Shown: one piece after another, positions 39,806 to 53,200 of the stretch
Layout of the letters: each line of letters begins with the position of its first letter
Position numbering within the stretch: position 1 is the first letter of the stretch
Source of the DNA: Magallana gigas
Lineage: Eukaryota
DNA length: 64,000 bases
Reading direction: 5' to 3'
Assembly (NCBI RefSeq): GCF_963853765.1
Contig: NC_088857.1
Span: forward strand, 33,046,001 to 33,110,000
Translations under genes and position numbers: made by a program
The notes under the pieces: model-generated
Database searches by the model: none
The model's input: only the letters and a program-made list of their open reading frames with translations
Told to the model about the DNA's origin: nothing

Positions 39806-40809
39806 ACAATGATTGAAGAATAAAAAATTAATAGACTACAATCATAGGTGGAAGGATTGGAAAGTTGTCTATGAATTATGTTCTTAAATATATTCTTGAG
39901 AAAAGAAAAAGTTTTAAACTACATGCTTTGATAACGTATCGCTTTTTGTGCGGGTTTAAATTTGGTAAAACAAAAGTAAGGTGGATGTCTCACGAGATGA
40001 ATCAAAACAAATAACTGTTCAAATACCTTGGTAATCTAAGGCAACAAGAAAGATAACTCTTATCATTTCACCAACTTCGATAAACAATTTTATTTCTTAT
40101 ATTAAAACACCTCGACGAATAAAATCCAATAGTGTTGATGAGGCTTTAATGTAGACACACTTGTTCTACTCAGTTAACCTTTAAAAAGGCTTTAATATAA
40201 TGCCTTTGCAGCAAAATAAAACAAAGTGAATATTTCACTACAACTACTCTGTAACAAGGGGAATATTGTTTACCTGTGAAATTAATTGTAAAGTGAGCTG
40301 GAGACATCGTACAAAATAACACATTTCGGTTTAAATTAACGAAATGTAAAGAGCAAAACAGCTTTGATTTCAGAAAGGATTGTTGCTAACGGTAAACTAG
40401 ATTTAAATTTTATTTTCATTGTAAGAAAACATTATCACTTTCATCTCCGTATCGACAATGGATTCGTATATATCACATGGGTGGTAAGGAGACACATGTT
40501 GACACAAACCATTCACTGTCCATGCGAACGCCTGCTTTTGCTGATTTTTTATAATTTACATATTTTTGGAAGCCAAATAATATTTAAATACATATTATAC
40601 CTATCGACATCGGACCCAAACAAAATAGTTTAGTTGACTTGCTTACCTCTACTTTAATTCAGTAAAAAAAAATTCAATCAGTTTTATTAATTAGCAATCA
40701 ATAATTCAAATAATAATTATTTTTCCTTATAGAGACCTTGTTTCAATGATTTCAATTGTCCAAAAAGACCAGGCCACGGCTATTAAGCCCTTATAAGAAA
40801 CAAGATAGG

Positions 40810-40949
40810 NNNNNNNNNNNNNNNNNNNNNNNNNNNNNNNNNNNNNNNNNNNNNNNNNNNNNNNNNNNNNNNNNNNNNNNNNNNNNNNNNNNNNNNNNNN
40901 NNNNNNNNNNNNNNNNNNNNNNNNNNNNNNNNNNNNNNNNNNNNNNNNN
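40810..40949. other. Assembly gap (N run)
   Basis: Ns. Confidence 1.
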
Positions 40950-41177
40950 GCACAAAAGTAAATTAATGAAAAAAAAACATTTTCAACAAGAAGTCCGTGG
41001 GCCTTGACGGTACGTAGGTACATACCTCGTTAGAAAATTCTTCTTTAAAAATAATTAAATGGCAGTTATGAAATAATTAAAAAAAAAACCTTTTAGTAGT
41101 TATTTTAGAAAAGTTACAATAGAATCAGTACTCTGTTTCTTCCCAAGAAATTTTAATAATTTTAATTAATTACTTAC

Positions 41178-41468
41178 CTTAACCGATACCCTCATTCCAA
41201 TCACAGTGTGAGATTTTGGTCCTAATGATAAAAACATGGCCTCCTTTTTATCCAAAGCAGACACCTCCCTCCGCAACCCCATCCCCTGGGGAATCACGTG
41301 ACGAAGCTCCATCGTCTGCTCGCAAAAACGTCTTCTGCTGTCTGTCATCTTTAACAAATTTAAGTCTCGTCCTGTTGGTTGTTCAATAACATCTTGTAGC
41401 TCTAGCGAGGAAGTCGTAAGTAACTTTTTATCTATCCAATATACACCTCTCGGGACTTTTAAATACAT
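41178..41468 (-). CDS. Candidate distal first coding exon (NWD-like gene)
   Basis: 97-codon open frame from ATG 41468 ending GMRVSVK at a consensus AAG|gtaagt donor in phase 0; GC content is higher than the flanks. Confidence 0.45.
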
Positions 41469-42304
41469 ACACGGAACACGGGTGTCAAAAGTAAGTCTTG
41501 GATTTCATAGGAATATGGAGAGATTGGCATCTGATTACAAATTTATTGGAGAAAATCAAAACAAAAGCGGCGTTCATTCGCCTCAGGAGATCCATTTGAA
41601 TTGTATCGTATTGATGGTAAAGTCGAGATTACATCATTGAAATTTAAATGACAATTTCTGTCTACATGTTTCCATGAAGAAATAAACCAGATATTTTCTA
41701 CACTGTACGTTCATTGTTTAAAAGGTCTATGTAGGTAAAATAGAATCAAAAGCATTAACAAGATACCAGACAATTCTTCATCTATACAATTAACGGTATT
41801 TTGGAAATTGAAAGTTTTTTATTTTCCATTTTTTTTGTTGGTTACGGTTACTTTGTTGTATTTTTTTTTAAATATTGTTTTGTTTTATTTGATATTAGGT
41901 TATTTTTATCGGATGAGGGTTTTCGGTATTGACTTAAATTCATTGCTTATGATATTCAAAATAAAAAGTAATCAAAGTAATAAGAATCCATTACTAATAC
42001 AGGATAAAACTTCATGTAAATGCAATCAGTAATAAACCCAGGATATCAGACGCCTTCTAAATCAATAATTAACGTATATACATGGGATCGACTTCGTCGA
42101 CATTTTAATTTGGATATTCATTGCTACGAAACCGGAACCCTCTATGAGAAATTAATCATTTCTTATTACAGAAAATAGATATCTGTCAAAACGTATTAAC
42201 TTATCACTGTACCTTTTTATATCTACTGTAAGTCCGTGTGTAATATAAGCTGGATATTAAAGATTTATCAACACGAAATCATTCCTACACAATTTCATTA
42301 CATC

Positions 42305-44190
42305 ACAAGAGGCCCATTGGCCACACCATTCACCCGAGCAACAATAAGTTTAACTCTTATCTGATCAACTCAAAAATGTGTTACACCCCCTCCCCTTTCC
42401 CCCAACAGTAGCCTTTCTCTGATCCACTAAACCTTACCATTATCTCAACTTAAAAATCGTTCAAATTATTTTGCATCAACTTTACCGCCTATATATATAT
42501 TTCTATGTAAAATTGAATATCACATCCCATACCTGTTGGCCTCCATGTACGAATTTTAATCAAAAATGTTGTTTCAGTTGCTCAATTGAGATGAAATAAA
42601 ACAAAACTTGAGAACTAATTGCTACTACACAATGCTCTGAACTAAACTGACTTTCAAATTGTCTCTTATAGAAAATAAATGTACCCATTTACATGAATAT
42701 TGATTATCAAAATGATTCTTTACTCAAATACAAGCCAAGTCATGCGTGTTAAGCTGCTGACACAAAGCATGTATAATTTAATTTTATATGTTCCATCTTC
42801 CTCAAGTACAAAGGATCATGAACAAAATAGTCATTTAGTTCTCCTTTTTCTATCACACAATCGATATCGCACGAAATTCGGCATAGTTTAGTATGGAGAG
42901 ATATGTTCGGTAAAAAATATCGTGGTCAACTTCAAGTAGAGCAACGGTTACTTTATCTTGGATCTTTTACAATAAAATCAAGTTTCCTATTGAAATCAGT
43001 GTTGAAATTTCGTGGGGGGAGGGGGTCACCCCTTTCATTAAAGAAGAGAAAAGAAAAACAAATCAGGGTTAGGAATCATCTTATTAAATTCATATAATTA
43101 TGACTTAATAAAACATTGAACAAAGAGGATGTTATGATTTTAAAATGAAGTTTTATTGATGACTTTTTCACAGGTCTGAAAGACGTTATTTAAAAGACCC
43201 CGAAAATATTTCAAACATTGTTTTACAACTTCTATAATTGTAGTCAATAGCTATAATACTGTACTGAAAACATAAAACTCTGCGCCAAATCTATTGATCT
43301 AGCTCGCAATATTTGAATCATAATTCAATGCCTTCCAAATGTGCAATTACCATGTTAAATGTAGTAAATAAAGGTTCATACAGAAAAAAGAAAGCAGTAA
43401 TTGCAAAATGTTGATTTTTTTGTTTGCCAACAATGAGTTAAATCCATAAGGAAAGACATTAACATTCGTCAGACAATCATAAGACGTAAATGAAGTCGCA
43501 ACATTATTTAATATCAAAATTAATGTTTTACAACTAAATGACATCGTGTGCTTGTTGGTTACCGTTCCTGAATTAATTAGCATTTTATTGTTGACACTTG
43601 CAGTAAAAGTGAAAATATTATACAACAAATTCTAACAATGCTCATCTTTTTTATGCACTTGGAAAAGAGGAAATCTTTTTTCAACTATATTAAAATTAAT
43701 ACAGTTGGAGCCTGCCAACCGAATTATGTCTAAATGGACTCCATTTTCTCCTTTGTATATTTGTAAAATTTTCACCCATTACTACGGACCCACATTGTGG
43801 GCCCTCCTTGACTTTTAATGATCATGGTTTGTACAAACTTTAACCTTTCAGGTATATATGAAAGCTTAAGGTAAAGTTATTATATTACTGAACAAGTGGT
43901 TCTAGAGATTAAAGGGGTTTTTTTTAGAATACACATATATCATCTTAGATTCTTTTATTCCCCCATTCTCTTTTCTTGAAAGCGGTACATGGGTCCTTCA
44001 TTCCGCTATACCTGAAAACCGTTTGCCCAAGGTTTCCTTGTCTCAAATTTGGGTTCAAAATGATCATTTGAGGTTTCAGAGAAGATGACCATATAAAATA
44101 TAAATACTTGGAGCAACAATGATGAAAGACACAGGAAAAATGATTGCCCTCAAACACTCACTATGTTCTTCAGCTCTGATAAGCTAAAAA
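42305..44190 (+). mobile_element. Old degenerate HINE-like element downstream of NAT10
   Basis: 5' ACAAGAGGCCCATTGGCCACACCATTCACC.GAG and 3' CTCACT..TTCAGCTC.GATAAGCTAAAAA resemble the ends of 32355-33667; the interior is degraded. Confidence 0.5.
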
Positions 44191-44248
44191 TATGTTTTCA
44201 ACTCGATGTAACATAAACAATTTAATGTGATAAAAAGTTCTATATACA

Positions 44249-47200
44249 TCAACTTTTATGTTTTTTCTTCATTTTCTTCTTTTTACCAGAGCCCTCTAGC
44301 ATTGCTATTGCATCCTCTGTTTTTCTCTTCTTTTCTAGAGTAGCCCTGAAAACAAAAATTGACTCATTATTATATTTCATAGTTTGACTGTTGTGACATA
44401 TTCACAACCACAACTCCGTTGATATTTTAAAACAAACACTGTAGATTTTAATGGAAAGATTTGCATTGGCGTGGCTGTCACAAAAACACAGTACCGGTAA
44501 TTGATTCTCATTAACCAGAGCACTTAATACTCTCTTTATGCTCAATCTCTAAATGCCGATCATCTTTCAGGCTGACCTCAGTACACGAGAGCGTCTCCTT
44601 TCTGTTAATCATCTATTAGCACTTTCTATAACTTACCTCTTTAATGCTGATCATCTTGGAGTTTGTGCCAAGAACCTCCAATAACTTACCCCCTTTGTGC
44701 TACAGGTCTGAACTATCATAATCTAGATATTACCTTCTTGAAGTAAATCATCCTTGAGCCTGGTCAAAAAACTTTACCCAATGATGTTGATCATCTTTCA
44801 GCCTGCAGCTGGTTCAATAACTTACAAAACCTTGCTGCTCAATGCTTATTTTTCTAGAGTCTAAACTAACAAAACCTAAAGAACAACTTACCAATTTGTG
44901 CTAAAGTCTGAGCTGAACACATCATACAATTTACCCCTTGATGCTGATCATCTTTGAACCTGATCCTTAACCTTTAATGCTGATCATATTTAAACCTGAT
45001 CCTATAACTTACTTTATAATGCTGATCATCTTTGAACCTAATCCTGAACCTCAAAGTTGATGCTGGTCATCTCTGAACCTGATCTTAAAACTTACCCCTT
45101 GATGCTGATCATATTTAAACCTCATCGTATAACTTACTCTATAATGCTGATTATCTCTGTTCCTGATCTTAAAACTTACCCCTTGATGCTGATCATCTTG
45201 GACCCAGAGCTGAGTGCCTGCTTCCACTCATGTTCCGATCCTTTCACTTCATACTGTGTCAGGTCCAAGTCTTTGAGAATGGCCAGCTCCTTCTTCTGAG
45301 TGGCTTCCACTTCTTTGGCTGCTGCATTCTGTAGAACAATAATTTCATGATTAAGTAAAAATCCTGCACTGTTTCATCTCTAAAAGACATTAAAAAATAT
45401 ATATCAAATATATCTATACCATGCAATCAAAAAACATGTATAATTTTGACACAAAATTCTCAAAAACTATTTATGCAAACAAGAAGAAGGTTTTGACAAT
45501 TTACGGCAATAAAATCTATACGACACCGTACATCTGTGTATATAAATTCGATTTTATTCTTTGCATGTACTAGACAATAGATCTAGGGTTCGCAAATCCC
45601 GGCAATTTTTCCGGAAAGCTTAAGTTCTGTAGCTCAGCAGAATACTACAGTCATCTATGAAGCACATTATTTTTGCCTTCATGTTTCATTATTTATCGCA
45701 AATATAGCATGGATGTATACGCTACGGCCAATGTAGCATTGCGTTGAGTGACGACTCTTTCTAACCGGTATGTATTTCAATTGCGAGTCGCAACAAACTG
45801 GCACATTTATAAATTTATATTTACATCTACCATGTATGATAATGACTGAATTCATCGATGAAGCAAAATTGCTGTATGAAATGGCGAACCAGTTTAAATA
45901 GTGTGTTTTTGACAATTGTTTACATCATGAAAAAAAACAAGAAGCGATTATTGTGAGATCAATTATCGCAGTGATATAGTTTATGCAGTCCTGATACAGA
46001 GTTACATGTAAACGTCACAACTGGCAGTTGGTGCATAAATTATCAATACCGCGTAAGCAGACAGGGTAACGGCTCATTTAAAATAAAACACAATTTCATA
46101 CATTATTTAAATGTATGTACAAAATAATTAGCAGATATAATGCTTAAAATATCTGATACGGTGAAAATTAATTCTCATACTGAAATCAACACATAGATAA
46201 AACATAGCCTGTAACACTGCATACCTAACAGAGTTATCGTTCCTTATCCGCTAGGGTCCCCATGAGAAATACTCTTCCGGCCAGGGCCGTAGCAATAGAC
46301 CGTGGCTATTTATAGCCACCGTCTAAAAAGCCATTGTTTCTTTGATGGTTCATCTTACTTTAAATTGTGTTTGAGGTATTTCAGTGAATTTAAAGAGTGG
46401 TTGAGGTTGAATACAAGAAGTGAGACATTTCTTTTAAATACTGACCAGTTCATCTTCCATGGACTGTTCTGTGGGCTGCAGTGTGATTTCCTTTCTCTCT
46501 ATCATGTCTTTTTCTACATCAGCTTCCATGACAGCATTCAGACACTTAACAATTAATATCACATAACAGTTAAAAATTAAAACAGAACACTAATGAACTT
46601 GAAGATAGACAAAATGACAATAATACATGTACATGTAAATTATTATTCAACAGAAACATGTATTTGCATGTACATGAAGCTGTATATAAATTATGATCCG
46701 AGGTTATATTGTTGTATGAAATACAATAACTGACATAGCCTCTAAGTTACCTGCTACTTTTTTAACTATTTCAGCAGAATCATCAAAAACAATTTATATG
46801 TCAACAGTGTATAAAATAAAAAGATAAACATTTATTGATTGTTATAAAAGGTAAAAAGTTTTCTCACGTCACTATAAATGCCTTTACCAAGTATAATTCT
46901 ACATTTTCTTCAGCTGAAACCTATAAGACTTACATTTACAACTTTGCGGATGATTCTGTTAAAGAGACCCAGTAACTGGCTGGACGGGAGATCAAGCTCT
47001 TTCTCCAAATCCTCCACAGTTTTGTGTTGCAAACCTAGACCAAGAAGCATGGCCTGTGTATAAAATAAAAATAAAATAACATGTGACAATTCTAGGAAAT
47101 TAGACAATTACATATAAATTCTTTCATTAATATCATAGTACATTGTAGTTCAAAAGGACTTTAAAGAGAGGTGCAAATCTTTATCTTTATACAAAGCAAT

Positions 47201-50200
47201 ATACATATGTATTAAAAAATATTTTAAAATTTCAACAACAAAAGGGCTTGCCATGTATGCCATAAATGTCAACAGAATAGCTTGTGAGTCAATGAGCTGA
47301 CTTACACTCTGTACAATACTGAGCTGAATGTCCATCTGGTTGAGGAAGAAGAGCCGGCTGATTGACGGCAGCAGGTCCACTATCAGGTGATAGTCCACCA
47401 TGTTCTGGGCATACAGCTCCAACCTCTTAACATCGTACCTAGTGAAGTAAGTCTCCATCTCCTGAACTGTTGGATCTACAATTATCCAGAAAAAACTAAT
47501 GTTACCAGTTCAAATATAGCAAAAGTTTAGCTCTGAAAATGTTATGTAATTCTTTTAACATATATTTTAACTGTGGTATACTCAAATGTATTGTAAAAAC
47601 ATGCATACAGACATCTACATTCAAAATTTACAGGTTAATGTCTTCAAAGAAATATAAACATTCAAAGTTTTAATTGAGATCGAAAGCTAGATGTATTAAT
47701 CCCATTTAATATTCATACCACTGGAAAAATTACCCTACATTTAAATGTACATTTGTTGATACATGATAGGTATTGTAAAATACTGTTACAGCTAAGTGCC
47801 AGGGTTGACCAATTTTGATTCATAACAGTAAATGTAATTCATCTTAAGGTTTCAGTAATAAAACATTTTTAAGACTGAGGGAAATGAAACTGTCTTCACT
47901 GTAAAAGTGAATTCATTACATCTAAAGTATATTTTCTGTAACCATGCATAATTGTAGTTGTCCATCTTTGTTAGCTGTTTCACTACCTACTTGTTTTTCT
48001 GGATTTAAATTGTTTCTGCTCCAGGATGCTAAGTGACATAGATGGAGTGAAATTCTTAAACTGGTATGCTAATAATGACACAAAACGCCTTCTAAAATCT
48101 GTAACCAAAAAATAAAAAAAATAGAATTTAAAAATTTCACAAAATTCAAATCAAAACAGATTCCTGAAATATTACCTTGATTACCTACAAATGGCAACAT
48201 GTACATACCTTTCCAGAATGCATATAACCATGAATCCTCCTTCTTGTCCTGTCCATCCTCTGTATCTTCATCAGACAACAGGTGTAACATGATACAGGAG
48301 TGTTCACCTGTCAGGTCATTCTGTAATATGTAAGGTAAAACATTACAATAGGTGTGTTGTACAATTCAACAGAAAGTGTTCATCTGCTAATTAAAGTCAA
48401 CCTGTAATCAGTCATGTAACAAGAACACAGCTCTTGAATAGATGTAAATTTTGAGAATTTCAATATTTACATTGTACATACATGTACATGTATAGTCAAA
48501 TAGGTATAATAAGTCACTTACAGGTGTTTGCCTGAGGTACACAGGTGCAAAGCCATTTTTCTTCCAGAATCTGCAAAGACAGATTCTTGTTTAATTACAT
48601 GTGTAAAAGTAATAATTAAGATTCTGTAAGCTATGATTGCCAGCAATAAGTTACCAATATAACTTACTGGTAATTGTCATAATACAATGAAAAAATTAAA
48701 TGAATTTGTCTTTCATTCTGTACACAAATTTGAATTCAAGACTTAATAAGCATTGAAATAAAATATATATATTGAAGTATAGTTCACAAGGCAAAAAATA
48801 AAAAAAATGTAGGAATATTATTTTGAAAAGTAAGCATTTTGCTATTGGGTTTTTTTCTACGATTATTCATGTACTTACTTGAGTAAACCAGAAGTCAAGC
48901 CATAGGAGACGCCGAGATAGTTCAGCTTCTCCGGTTTCCTCTCACTCAGCTTCATCAGCAAGGGAGGTAAATTCTTCCTTGGGGTAAGTCTTTCCTCTAG
49001 TAAATCTACCTCCTGTTCAGTATAGCAGACATAAATATACAAAATCAAGTGAATCAACATCTATACATTTACAGTATTATTTATGACTTATAAACACTCG
49101 AACATCAATTTAGGTATCAAATACTATGGTTATCACAAAGTGGGTTGGAAGTCACAACTACTATTTATTTATGAATTTTAACTTCTACATATATATATAT
49201 GTATATCCTGAACCTGGTTTATATGGATTTGATATACATTTTGCAAGGCAAATGTCAGAGACTCAAAATCTGGGTAATTTTGTGTTTTTATTGAACTTTT
49301 AAAAAACCCATATGAATAGAATTACTGGTATTAGAGGACAAAATGGGAAACAACAATATTTTTTAATACATGTTTAATATATGTACATACAAATTGGGCC
49401 TTGCATTTGCATCTGATAATTGCTTGACAAGAATTTTTCTTATCAGTGAAATATAAAGATATGTTTTTCTAAAAGCATGTTTGGTTAATATTAAGCTTGC
49501 AATACTGCAAGTGTCTTGTAAATTACCTGGTCATCTACCACATTGGTCTGAGGCTCCGAGTCCACTGTCTCTGACAGACTGACCACTTCACCTTTGTAAT
49601 ACTGCTTCAGCAAAGACAGAGCCCTGCTGCCATAGCCCATCTGTTCAATTTAGAAAAAAAGGCCAATCTTATTTATCAAATATTACATCATATCTACCTA
49701 CCTACGTCAGCACGAAAAATCTTCAAAGAGGATTAATTTACATGTATCTGATTTTCATTTCAAAAGCAAATGTGTCTGGCTTGGCATGATGTCCGATATA
49801 TTTATGGAAAATTTGAGTTATGAAACAATTGTTCTATGCACGCTAGGCGATAACAGACTTACAGACTGGTAATCAGGGTGTGTGGCAATCCTAACGACGC
49901 GGGCTCCTGACAGTCCTGGGAAATCATGGTCTTGAAACTGTTATTGACAAAAAAATTAATAAGTGTCTTGAGTATCAATACCATTTGTAAATGCCAACCA
50001 GTATGAAACCTTATTCATACCAGTATATTATCTGCTCCATGTTGTATACATAGACCTATACATTTATATGATGGAACAATAATCTAAATAAACATGTACC
50101 GGGTACACAAAGTTTTAGCACCTAATACATACCTGTTGGGAGATGGTCCAGGGAATCAAGTCACCAGATGCCCTCTTTCCCCTTGACAAACTGCTCATTA

Positions 50201-53200
50201 TAGAGGCTTTAGAGATTTCTCCCTCCAAACACACCTACAAAAACAGGAAATCTTACTAAACCATGTCGGTCACAAAATAAAACAAAAGAATATAAATTAA
50301 CATAAATCAACTGGGGACAAAAGACCAGCTTACCTGGAGTATACATAGAACCTCTGGGAGGGAGGTCTGATTGGGATCCACTGGACCAAGCAAAGCAAAG
50401 ACATGGTGAGCAGGGGCATCAGACAACAACTGAAGGTCATTTGGAGTGTTCTGAAAGGTGAAATTTTTAACTCATAACATAGGTACATAACTAGGTACAG
50501 GAACAGGGGGAATAAAACTCCTTTTTATACACGATGCTTGCCAAAATTCCCTATAACTGTAACACATATTTTGGCAAGTGATCACAAGCACCAGCTCCGC
50601 TAAACAGACCTCATATTGCAAATGCATTGCATAAAACTCACTATATTGTAAGCACACGTATTGTATTAATCACAATGTATACACAAGGTATTGAAGTAGT
50701 GTTGAATATTCTGAGAGAATGCAGACCTTGTAGTGAGAAGACACATAGAGAGCCATCACTCTGTGGAGGAACGCCTCTGAGGCTTTATGATAGGAGAACA
50801 GTGTGTCTCTGTTTATGTAGTACAGGTCACAGGCCTCAGGGAGGGGGCAGCCAGAGGAAATTCTGGAGACGTTTGTTGCACCCAAACACAATAGGTCGTA
50901 CAGCCAGCGCTCCACAGGATCTCCATTGGCATATCGTATAGATTCATTCAGCACCACTTCATGGAGAACTCGGCCTGAATATAAGAAAATAATTCAAAAC
51001 TCAAAGGAATTTGTTAATGGTATACATAATAATCTGTAACACTAATTTAATTTGTTGATACTGTAATAATAACAATATTAAATCAAGATGTTTTTTTTAA
51101 TCATCTATTCTATTCCATGTGAATGTATCTGACCTGACGTTGACAGGACTCCATCTGTTTTGTTGGTCATTGTGATTGTCTTCTGGACCTCTGAGGAGTT
51201 CCCACCAAATGTACTGGACTGCTGCCTCAGCTGTTGGACCAGCTTCAGGGAGAGGGAGCGCCCTGTGCCCTCATATCTACAAACAATGCAATAATGAAAA
51301 TATACAGATGCTTTCAGAAAATAGATAATGTTGATTTAAGAGTTGTACAAAATAAAGTTGTACTTGGTTTTGGAATCTTACTCATTTATTCTGCATAGAC
51401 TAGATGGACATAACTTGAAACGAATTATCTTAATCTGTGAGGTTCACACCTCAGGAATAAATCATTACTTATTTGTAAGAATCATGATAGTTTTGCTCAC
51501 CCATTGATGGTGGAGGACATGAACACTAAATAGGGCCCAAGCAGACTCTTAACCAGTGGGAGAGGAATGGCAGCTGCCTCATCAATACACACCAGCTCAG
51601 CCTGACCAAGCTTGTGGGAATCGGTCGGATGGATGTACTGAGAGGGAGGGGAAAACATTTAAAGAACAATTCATTATCTGAATGTAATAGAAATCTTTCA
51701 GCCTCAGTTTTATTTGTGTTTCTCTGGCAAATAACCATTACAAAAGCATGATACATGTAAATAATTAAACCTAAGGACATGGATTTCTACATGGCAGTTT
51801 TATCTATTAACATGCTCATATGTTCTTAAGCTAGTAAAGCTACATGTTGCCCATAAAGTGTACCTTTATATGATATTGACAAATTCAAAGAATCTACCTG
51901 TATAGTTTGCCTGTGTTCTCTGAAGATGTTTACTCTCACAATGGCTTTGTTAAAATCTGGGTTGGTGGACTGAATTATCTCATAGTCCATGTGTTCCTGA
52001 ACAGAAAAAGTTTAACGGTTATATTGACATGAATAAGAGTGTCTTGGATAAAAAAGATTTTTGTTTAATTCCTAAGATTAAAATATTTTTATTACACATA
52101 CTTCATGTCGATATTCAAAATCTTGTTTTACGATTTACAGAATGATGAAATTACCTGGTATTCTAGAGCATCAAATCCTTTAAATATAAATTCAAATAAT
52201 GTCTTCAAATTTTCTGGACTTGGTGCAGTCACAAAAATATTGGAGTATCTACAAAAATAAAAGAAATTGAACATTTAAGATTACAAAGCATTATCACCTT
52301 ATACCTATTTCATTATAAGAGGTCTATAACATAATAAAGGTACTGTACCCAAATCCCACAGCTGTTGCCATGGCCAGTCCCAGAGCAGCTGACTTGCCCC
52401 GCCCCCTGGCAGCTGTCATGATCACAGTACTCCTCAATGTCTTCTCAGATATAGCCTCAATAAACTTCAAAAGGGCTTTACCCTGCATGGTTGAAAAGAG
52501 TTACACACCCATTTGATTACCAGTAAACAAATTAATTCTTTTTTTATTTTAATTTAAAAATAAATTGTTTTCATTGTCATGGTGCTTCAAAATGAACTTG
52601 CATGATCTATTATTTTCTATTACAAAATGTGAATACTATGTTAAGTTTCAAAAGACATTTACCGGTATGTAATTACACAAAAATATGTCATGGACTACTT
52701 TATGTGCTTCAACATCTATTCTTTATTCATCTTGCCTGTAGTTTGTATGATATCAATATGAAATGGGCACAATGATTTAGAACAATGGAAAATTTTTGAG
52801 ATACAGTGTATATTAAAGTCAAAACATAGGTACTAAATTTTTAGCCCCCGATTCATAGATTGCTTGAACATAATGGAGCTTTTTTCTCTGACCTGGTCCA
52901 AGGTTCTGCAGCAGTTCACAATGGCTCCTACAGGCTGAGTGTCCTGTAGAGAGTCCTTCAGCTCCTTCAGCTCAACCTCCCTAGCAGGAACATCCTCCTG
53001 TAGTACACATGTATGTATGATTATATGTGTAAGTGATTTCAAAACATTAAATTTCCTTTTTACATAGAAACAGCATTGAATAACATTCAATAATCACCGC
53101 AAATTTGTTTATGTTATAAAATACTGAATTAAAAAAAACACAAATTACAGTTGAACTTTGATATCTGGAATACCGATATCTCAAAGGCAATGGATATGTC

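Noticed and set aside
45057-45299. Plus-strand repetitive ORF (MLIIxxPDLKTYPL)
   Set aside because: Antisense reading of the NAT10 exon and the donor minisatellite.
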